A DNA stretch of 64,000 bases, taken from assembly GCA_965201075.1 (NCBI GenBank), contig CBDAVP010000016.1:186001-250000 (forward strand), written 5' to 3'. A program made the position numbers and the translations under genes. Source of the DNA: Isosphaeraceae bacterium. GTDB taxonomy: Bacteria > Planctomycetota > Planctomycetia > Isosphaerales > Isosphaeraceae. Positions 56,994-64,000 of this stretch are shown one piece after another. Position 1 is the stretch's first letter. Each line of letters opens with the position of its first letter. The notes under the pieces were generated by a model. It had not been told where the DNA came from. It saw only the letters and a list, made by a program, of their open reading frames with translations, and made no database searches.

Positions 56994-58748
56994 ATGATTC
57001 CTACCGAACTCAAGGAGCGAGAACCGATGCCGCTGGTCGCCTACGAACCCAAAGTGTTTCCCCACAAGTGGCTGCCCGAGGGATTGGCGCTGAAGACCTG
57101 GGAGGCGATCGAGCCCTGGTATCGCAAGTTGCAGGAACGGCCGATCGGCTCGACGGCCGACCTGGAAACGTGGCTGCGCGACGCGGGGGAACTCAACGGC
57201 GTCGTTTCCCAGGACGGGGCCGAGCGTTACGTCGCCATGACCTGCCAGACCGACGACCCCCAGCGCGAGGCGGCCCACCTGGCGTTCGTCCGCGATATCG
57301 AGCCCAAGCTCAAGCCGGTCCTGAACGCCCTGCGAGAAAAGTATCTGGATTGCCCCCATCGTTCAGGGCTGGACACCAATCGGTACTCGGTGTTCGACCG
57401 GTCGCAAGAGAATCGTCGCAAACTGTTTCGAGAGGCCAACATCCCTCGGGAGACCGAGCTCGCCGAGCTGGAGCAGCAGTATCAAAAACTGATCGGGGCG
57501 ATGACCGTCACGTTTCAGGGCCAGGAGCGCACGCCGGCCCAGATGGCCCCGTTCCTGGAGGAGCCCAACCCGTCGTTGCGGAAAGAGGCGTGGGAGGCGG
57601 TCTCGGCCCGTCGGCTCCGCGACCGCGAGGCCCTGGATGACCTGTTCGACCGGATGCTTGCCCTGCGGGTCGAGATCGCCCGGGAGGCTGGGTTCGACGA
57701 TTACGTGGGGTATTCGTACCGCAACCGGGAGCGGTTTGATTACGGAGTGGCCGAGGCGTCGGCGTTTCACCGGGCGATCGAGGAGGTCGTGGTTCCTTTG
57801 GTTCGGGAGATTCACGAATCTCGACGCAAGGCCCTGGGAGTCGACCGCTTGCGCCCCTGGGACCTGTCGGTCGACCCGGAGGGCCGCCCGCCGTTGCGGC
57901 CGTTCGCCGAATCCGAGGCGCTGGCCGAGGGGACGCAAAGGATCTTCGAGGACGTGGACCCCGAACTGGCCGGGCAGTTCGCCTTCATGAGAGCGCGGGG
58001 CCTGCTGGACCTGGCCAACCGCAAGGGGAAGGCGCCTGGTGGGTATCAGACGACGCTGGAGGATGACCGCCTGCCGTTCATCTTCATGAACGCCGTGGGA
58101 ATCGACAACGACCTGCGGACCCTCCTGCACGAGGGGGGGCACGCGTTTCACGCCCTGGCCAGTCGAGGCGAGCCCTTGGCGGCCTATCGAGAGAGCCCGA
58201 TTGAGTTTTGCGAGGTCGCCTCGATGACCATGGAACTCTTCGGCGCTCGCAAGCTGGAGATGTTCTACGACCCGGCGGGGGCCGAGCGGTCGTACCGGCA
58301 GTTGCTGGAGGGGATCGTCCTGTTCTTCCCGTGGTGCGCCACGGTGGACGCCTTCCAGCACTGGCTTTATCAGCACCCGGGTCATAGTCGAGCCGAGCGC
58401 CGGGCGGCCTGGAACGACCTGCTCGACCGCTTCGGCGGCGAGGTCGACTGGTCGGGGCACGAGGAGGCCCGGTCTCACGGCTGGCACCGGCAGTTGCACA
58501 TCTTCCTGTACCCGTTCTATTACATTGAGTACGGCATCGCTCAGCTTGGGGCGTTGCAAATCTGGGTCAAGTCATTGAAGGATCGCGCCTCGGCGGTGAC
58601 TGGCTATCGGAGGGGCCTGGCCCTGGGGGGGGCTCGGCCGCTGCCCGAGCTTTTCGAGGCCGCCGGTGCCCGGTTCGACTTCAGCGCCGGCACACTCGGT
58701 CCGTTGATGGCGGCGATTCGGGGCGAACTGGAGAAACTGGGAAGTTGA
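56994..58748 (+). CDS. M3 family oligoendopeptidase (PepF-like)
   Basis: LRPWD, KGKAPGGY, LLHEGGHAFH, EVAS, PFYYIEY. Confidence 0.93.
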   Translation: MIPTELKEREPMPLVAYEPKVFPHKWLPEGLALKTWEAIEPWYRKLQERPIGSTADLETWLRDAGELNGVVSQDGAERYVAMTCQTDDPQREAAHLAFVRDIEPKLKPVLNALREKYLDCPHRSGLDTNRYSVFDRSQENRRKLFREANIPRETELAELEQQYQKLIGAMTVTFQGQERTPAQMAPFLEEPNPSLRKEAWEAVSARRLRDREALDDLFDRMLALRVEIAREAGFDDYVGYSYRNRERFDYGVAEASAFHRAIEEVVVPLVREIHESRRKALGVDRLRPWDLSVDPEGRPPLRPFAESEALAEGTQRIFEDVDPELAGQFAFMRARGLLDLANRKGKAPGGYQTTLEDDRLPFIFMNAVGIDNDLRTLLHEGGHAFHALASRGEPLAAYRESPIEFCEVASMTMELFGARKLEMFYDPAGAERSYRQLLEGIVLFFPWCATVDAFQHWLYQHPGHSRAERRAAWNDLLDRFGGEVDWSGHEEARSHGWHRQLHIFLYPFYYIEYGIAQLGALQIWVKSLKDRASAVTGYRRGLALGGARPLPELFEAAGARFDFSAGTLGPLMAAIRGELEKLGS

Positions 58749-58905
58749 GGCGCGCCATTCCGAATTCGTTCGGCGAGATTGTGACGTCGGCACTCGTCGG
58801 AGCCGGCGGAATTCTCGGGAAACTCGCCGAGCCAAGTTCGGCAGGGCGGCGTATGATGGGGGGACGGTCCGGCCGGATCGTCCCCTCACTCGCGGAAGCC
58901 TGATC

Positions 58906-59277
58906 GTGTCGCGTTGCCTCCGCCCCCTTTCGGCCCTGGTTCTGGTCCTGCTCTGCCGTTGGGCGGATGCGGGCGGGGCGTCGCCGTCGGTCGCGATGAC
59001 CGAGAGAGCCGGCCTGGCTCCCTCGGTGTTGGCCGAGGGGCGTCGGCACTCGGAAGTTCCGGGCCAAGGGCTTCCTTGCGGGGAGGCTTGCGACTCCTGG
59101 GGCCTGACCCTCTGCGAGGAGGAGCCCGACGAGGGCTTGACCGGCACTTCGCCTTGTTTCCTGGCCCCATCCCTGGCGGAACCCTACCGCCCAGGGCCAG
59201 ACCCGCGCCCAGCTCCGGCCGCCGTTCCCCCCCTCGCCACCGCCCGCTATCTCCTCCTATTGCGCTTCCGCTGCTAA
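58906..59277 (+). CDS. Small exported/leader-like hypothetical protein upstream of the RND pump
   Basis: Signal-like N-terminus, scattered Cys, Pro-rich region, C-terminus RYLLLLRFRC; TATGAT -10-like at 58852. Confidence 0.45.
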   Translation: MSRCLRPLSALVLVLLCRWADAGGASPSVAMTERAGLAPSVLAEGRRHSEVPGQGLPCGEACDSWGLTLCEEEPDEGLTGTSPCFLAPSLAEPYRPGPDPRPAPAAVPPLATARYLLLLRFRC

Positions 59278-59406
59278 TCCGTACGGATCGTGAAAAGGGC
59301 GCCGCGTCGTGACCACGCCCAGGGCGGGGCACTTCGCGGGCCGTTGTCCGCCGTCGGAGGAGAACGCGAACCGCCAACGTCCGTCGAGGGTGGGGGTCAT
59401 TGCGTC

Positions 59407-62400
59407 ATGGTCCGCGCGATTATCTCGTGGAGCCTGCACAACCGGTTCATCGTCCTGCTGGGGGTGATTGCCCTGGTCGGGATCGGTGTCCATTCGGCCT
59501 TGAACCTCAATGTCGAGGCGTATCCCGACCCGACCCCGCCACTGGTCGAGGTCATCACGCAAAACACCGGCGCCAGTCCCGAGGAGATGGAGCGCCTCAT
59601 CGGAATTCCGCTGGAGACGGTCCTCAACGGGATGCCGGGTCTGGAAGACCTGCGCAGCACGTCGATCGCCGGCCTGAATGACATCAAGTGCCAGTTCGCT
59701 TACGGCACCGACTACTGGGCGGCCCGCCAGGAGGTCATCAACCGGATCGGCCAGGTGGACAACCTGCCGCCCGGGGTGACGCCGGGCCTTTCTCCCTGGA
59801 GTCCGACCGGCGAGATCGTCCGCTACGTGCTGGAGGGCCCCAGGTACACGACCAATCAACTCAAGGCGGTTCAGGACTGGGTGGTGAACCGGGCGTTGAA
59901 GCAGGTCAAAGGGGTGGTGGACGTCACCGGCTATGGCGGGACGGTCAAGCAGTATCAGGTGTTGATCAACACGCAGTTGATGCGGTCGTATGACGTGACG
60001 TTGCAGCAGGTTGAGGACGCGATCAAGAACTCCAACGGCAACGTCGGCGGCGACGTGCTGACCCTGGGGGCGCAGACTCACAACGTGCGTGGCCTGGCGT
60101 TGCTCGGGGAGGGCGTTGACCCGCTGGACCCGGCCAACGTCGAGCGGGCCTACACGATCGAGGCCGACAAGCTCCAGGACATTCGCGACGTGGTGGTTGC
60201 CTCCAACAACGGCATTCCCATCTATCTCAAGCAGATCGCCAAGGTGATCGTCGGCCACCGGCCCCGGCTGGGGATCGTCGGCCGCGACGCCCCACTCGAT
60301 GCTCCCTCGCGGGAACCCGCCGCGTCGACCGTGTTGACCTCGACGGCTCGGCCCGACGTGGCGAGCGAGAACGACGTCGTCGAGGGGATCGTCCTGATGA
60401 GGAAGTACGAGAAGTCGCTGGGGACGGCCGAGGGGGTCGATACCAAGATCCGCGAGATCGAGACCTCGGGGATCTTGCCCAAGGGAATGCACCTGAAGGT
60501 CTTCAACCAGCGCACCGACCTGGTCCACGTCACGACTCACAACGTCCTGCACAACCTGGTGGTGGGCATGGCGCTGGTGGTTTTGGTGCTGTTCATCTTC
60601 CTGGGGGATCTGGTCAGCGCGGGGATCGTGGCGATCATGGTCCCGCTGGCCTTGCTGTTCTCGGTGACGATCCTGTACTTCCAGGGCAAGAGCGCCAACC
60701 TGCTGTCGATCGGGGCGGTGGACTTCGGGATCATCGTCGATAGCTCGGTTATCATCGTTGAGAACATCTTTCGCCACGTCACGGCCCACGGGCGCGACCC
60801 GTCGAAGTCGTTGATCGAGACGATCGAGGACGCCGCCAGCGAGATCGAGCGGGCGTTGTTCTTCTCGACGACGATCATCGTGTGCGCGTTCATCCCCCTG
60901 TTCGCGATGACCGGGCCGGAGGGCGCGCTGTTCGGGCCGATGGCCAACACCTATGCCTTCGCCATCTTCGGCGCCCTTTTGCTGGCGCTGACCCTGGCTC
61001 CGGTGCTTTGCTCGTTCCTGTTCCATGGCAAGAAGGAAGAGTCGGACACGATCGTCGACCGCCTGATGAAGCTGCGGTATCTGACGGCACTGGACCGCAT
61101 CCTGCGGCATCGGTATGTCACGGTGGCTTTGATGTGCGGCTTGCTGGCCTTCACGATCTCGCTGGTGCCGGGACTGGGGGCTGAGTTCATGCCGGAACTG
61201 GAGGAAGGGAACCTCTGGATTCGCGCACTGCTGCCCCGGACCGTCTCCCTGGAGGAGGCGGCGCGGATGGCCCCGCGCCTTCGGGCCGAAATGATGGCGA
61301 TCCCCGAGGTCCGCGGCGTCATGTCGCACGTGGGTCGGCCCGACGACGGCACCGACGTCACCAGCTTCTTCAACCTGGAATTCAACGTCCCCCTGAAGCC
61401 GATGGAGACCTGGCGGAAAAAGCCGGCGACACTCTGGGGCTACCGATTGCCCTGGGATCGCACGTTTTCTCGCACCGAGATCGAGGGGGAACTGATGAAG
61501 CGGTTCGCCCGCTACCCCGGCCTGAACTTCAATTTCTCGCAGTTGATCCGCGACAATGTTGAAGAGGCGCTTTCGGGGGTCAAGGGGGCGAACTCGGTCA
61601 AGCTCTTTGGCAACGACCTGAAGGAACTGGAAGCCGGCGGCGGGCGGGTCGTGAATGTCCTGAACAAGATCCGGGGCATTGAGAACGTCGGCCTGTTCCA
61701 CATTCGGGGCCAGCCGAGTTTGGAGATTCGTGTGGAGCGTCAGGAGTGCGCCCGCTACGGGATCAACGTGTCGGACGTCGAGGCGGTGATTCAGGCGGCG
61801 GTCGGCGGGGCGGCGTTCTCGGAGATGGTCGAGGGGGAAAAGCGATACGACATCGTCTTGAGGCTGCCCAAGTCGTTGCGCGACGACCCCAACGCGATTG
61901 GAAGGATCACCGTCGACGCCCCCGGCCCCTCCTCGGGCAAGCCGGGGCCTCGGGTTCCCCTCTCGCAGTTGGCGACCATTTTGCCTCACGAGCCGGGAGC
62001 CTCGTACATCTATCGAGAGAACAACCGCCGGTTCATCCCGATCAAGTTCAGCGTCGTGGGCCGAGACCTGGCCTCGGCGATCACCGAGGCCCAGCAGAGG
62101 GTGAACGACCCCAAGGCCGGGGCGAAGCTGCGGGATGGCTACACCATCGAATGGTCGGGCGAGTTCGCCCAGATGCAAGAGGCCAACGCCCGGTTGATGT
62201 GGATCGTGCCGCTGTCGATCGCTTTGATCGTGATTTTGCTGTACACGGCGTTCAACTCGGCCAAGGACGCGATGCTGGTGATGGCCAACGTCGTGGCCGC
62301 GACGATGGGAGGCGTGTGGGCCCTGCGCCTCACGGGCACGCCGTTCAGTATTTCGGCGGCGGTGGGGTTCATCTCGATCTTCGGTGTCGCGGTGCAGGAC

Positions 62401-62865
62401 GGGGTGCTCTTGATTTCGTACTTCAACCAGATGCGGGCCGAGGGAACGCCGGTGCGGGAGTCGGTAATGCGTGGGGCCGAGTTGCGGGTGCGGCCGGTGG
62501 TCATGACGTCGCTGACCGCCGCGCTGGGCTTGCTGCCGGCGGCGATGGCCACGTCGATCGGGTCCCAGGCGCAAAAACCCTTGGCGATCGTGGTCGTCGG
62601 CGGGATGCTGGTGACGCTGGCGTTGACCCGCTACCTGATGCCGGTGCTCTACAGCTTCTTCCCGGCGCCGGCGGGGCAGGTCTCGGGCGACCCGGGCGGG
62701 TTGAAGGAGGGGTCGCATTACACCGACCTGATCCTCCAGAAACGGGCGGCCAGGGTCGCCGAGAAGCCAAACGGTCGGCGGGGCCGGTCCAACGGACGGT
62801 CGGAGGAGCCGGGCACGTCGGGGATTGACGGGGGTGTGGACGTCTCGGAAGGAGGGCAACGATGA
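59407..62865 (+). CDS. CusA/CzcA-family heavy-metal efflux RND permease
   Basis: EAYPD, SPEEME, DFGIIVDSSVIIVEN, EG-x-LF-x-PMA, EFMPELEEG, RVRPVVMT, QKPLAIVVVGG. Confidence 0.95.
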   Translation: MVRAIISWSLHNRFIVLLGVIALVGIGVHSALNLNVEAYPDPTPPLVEVITQNTGASPEEMERLIGIPLETVLNGMPGLEDLRSTSIAGLNDIKCQFAYGTDYWAARQEVINRIGQVDNLPPGVTPGLSPWSPTGEIVRYVLEGPRYTTNQLKAVQDWVVNRALKQVKGVVDVTGYGGTVKQYQVLINTQLMRSYDVTLQQVEDAIKNSNGNVGGDVLTLGAQTHNVRGLALLGEGVDPLDPANVERAYTIEADKLQDIRDVVVASNNGIPIYLKQIAKVIVGHRPRLGIVGRDAPLDAPSREPAASTVLTSTARPDVASENDVVEGIVLMRKYEKSLGTAEGVDTKIREIETSGILPKGMHLKVFNQRTDLVHVTTHNVLHNLVVGMALVVLVLFIFLGDLVSAGIVAIMVPLALLFSVTILYFQGKSANLLSIGAVDFGIIVDSSVIIVENIFRHVTAHGRDPSKSLIETIEDAASEIERALFFSTTIIVCAFIPLFAMTGPEGALFGPMANTYAFAIFGALLLALTLAPVLCSFLFHGKKEESDTIVDRLMKLRYLTALDRILRHRYVTVALMCGLLAFTISLVPGLGAEFMPELEEGNLWIRALLPRTVSLEEAARMAPRLRAEMMAIPEVRGVMSHVGRPDDGTDVTSFFNLEFNVPLKPMETWRKKPATLWGYRLPWDRTFSRTEIEGELMKRFARYPGLNFNFSQLIRDNVEEALSGVKGANSVKLFGNDLKELEAGGGRVVNVLNKIRGIENVGLFHIRGQPSLEIRVERQECARYGINVSDVEAVIQAAVGGAAFSEMVEGEKRYDIVLRLPKSLRDDPNAIGRITVDAPGPSSGKPGPRVPLSQLATILPHEPGASYIYRENNRRFIPIKFSVVGRDLASAITEAQQRVNDPKAGAKLRDGYTIEWSGEFAQMQEANARLMWIVPLSIALIVILLYTAFNSAKDAMLVMANVVAATMGGVWALRLTGTPFSISAAVGFISIFGVAVQDGVLLISYFNQMRAEGTPVRESVMRGAELRVRPVVMTSLTAALGLLPAAMATSIGSQAQKPLAIVVVGGMLVTLALTRYLMPVLYSFFPAPAGQVSGDPGGLKEGSHYTDLILQKRAARVAEKPNGRRGRSNGRSEEPGTSGIDGGVDVSEGGQR

Positions 62866-64000
62866 ACTGGAAGCTGCCGATCGCCATCGTCGCCACCGCC
62901 GGAATCGGCGCGTTCGGCGTCCTGAACCCCCGGGCCCGACACACCGTCGAGGCCGCCATCAAAACGGCCAAGGCCGCCGCCGTCCGGCCGATGACCAGCC
63001 ACGACGAGGAAGCCGCGCCCGGCTCCCCCGCCGCGCCGGCCGAGACGACGGGCCGCTGGGACCACACCCTGTCACTGGACGAGGCCCAGGTCACCTCCCT
63101 CGGCCTGGCCACCGCGACGGTCAAGGCCCAGTCCGATCCCAGCAAGCTGCGCCTCGTCGGCCAGACCGACAACGACCCTTACACCCTCACCACCATCCGC
63201 CCGCAGTACAATTGCCGGGTCGAGAAGGTCCACGTCCGCGAGGGGGACCCCGTCAAGAAGAGCGAACCGCTGGTGGATCTCTTCAGCGCCGCTTTGGCCG
63301 AGGCCAAAAGCGACTATGAGAGCAAGTTCATCCAGTGCATCTACAACAAGGACCTCGTCGCCGCCAAGCGGGAACTCGCCAAGACCAAGTCCATCTCCAA
63401 CCGCGAGCTGGTCGAGGCCGAAAACAACGAGCGCAAAAGCCAGGTTGACATGAAGCTGGCCAAGGACGAGTTGCTGGTCTACGGACTCAGTGACGCCGAG
63501 ATCGAGAGCAGTCGCCAGGAGACCGGCACCCAGAAGGCGAAGTTCACCATCCGTTCGCCCGTTTCGGGGATCGTCATCAAGCGCGACGTGGTGCAGGACA
63601 ACCTGTACACGCCGTCGGACCCCCTGATGACGATCGCGCCCCTGGATCATTTCTGGGTGCGCGGCAACGTCAACGAGATCGACGCCGGCAAGGTGCAACT
63701 GGGCCAGGCCCTGGAAGTGGTCTTCCCTTACGAGGACCTGCACATCCCCGGCAAGGTGGAGTACATCGACAAGGCGATCGAGCCGGAAACACGAGCGGCC
63801 AAGTTCCGCACGGTGATCCCCAACCTTGGCGGTCGCTTGAAGTCGGGGATGTACGTCCGCGTGCTGCTGGACGTTCCTCCGGAACCGGGTCGGACGATCG
63901 TGCCGAGAATCGCCATGATCGCCGTCGACCGCGACACCTACGCCTTCGTTCGCAAACCCGGGACGGGCCACGTGTTCGAGCGTCGGCCGATCCACGCCTG
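62862..64000 (+). CDS. RND efflux periplasmic adaptor (MFP) subunit, 3'-truncated by the window end
   Basis: Manual translation from ATG 62862: MNWKLPIAIVATAG, VHVREGDPVKK, IRSPVSGIV, LKSGMY; overlaps the permease stop. Confidence 0.92.
   Translation, partial: MNWKLPIAIVATAGIGAFGVLNPRARHTVEAAIKTAKAAAVRPMTSHDEEAAPGSPAAPAETTGRWDHTLSLDEAQVTSLGLATATVKAQSDPSKLRLVGQTDNDPYTLTTIRPQYNCRVEKVHVREGDPVKKSEPLVDLFSAALAEAKSDYESKFIQCIYNKDLVAAKRELAKTKSISNRELVEAENNERKSQVDMKLAKDELLVYGLSDAEIESSRQETGTQKAKFTIRSPVSGIVIKRDVVQDNLYTPSDPLMTIAPLDHFWVRGNVNEIDAGKVQLGQALEVVFPYEDLHIPGKVEYIDKAIEPETRAAKFRTVIPNLGGRLKSGMYVRVLLDVPPEPGRTIVPRIAMIAVDRDTYAFVRKPGTGHVFERRPIHA

Noticed and set aside
59257..62859. 1200-aa minus-strand ORF
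   Set aside because: Antisense shadow of the RND permease.
1..64000. tRNA, rRNA, IS, integrase or prophage genes
   Set aside because: None recognised by eye; short ncRNAs could be missed without covariance-model searches.

Overview
High-GC bacterial chromosomal window, most consistent with a Planctomycete (inferred from a LEPR-XLL-like leader, PEP-CTERM protein, fused double UvrA, tandem Uma2 genes and ECF/Ser-Thr kinase cluster). It holds about 50 CDSs. I saw no rRNA, tRNA, CRISPR, transposase or integrase. Housekeeping genes: queA, hppA, uvrA, nusB, ftsY, treZ, P-II, DhaKL, a sigma70-family factor, M3 peptidase, ATP-dependent ligase with exonuclease, and a heavy-metal RND pump. The best candidate systems are: (1) a six-gene operon joining a PspA/IM30-like coiled-coil protein, FHA protein, membrane Ser/Thr kinase, ECF sigma and soluble Zn anti-sigma-like protein; (2) an ExbB-ExbD-ExbD motor operon ending in a vWA protein with a TonB-type S-x3-H anchor, followed by hppA whose leader forms a three-way-junction RNA next to the SD; (3) a redoxin/cytochrome c/copper-monooxygenase fusion; (4) a GGQ release-factor-like gene heading a repair operon; (5) an active plus pseudo-enzyme M14 peptidase pair; (6) a DUF6599-DUF362-polyferredoxin cluster split by two Uma2 genes. 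All family calls come from motif recognition by eye; no database searches were run. Start codons are best estimates.
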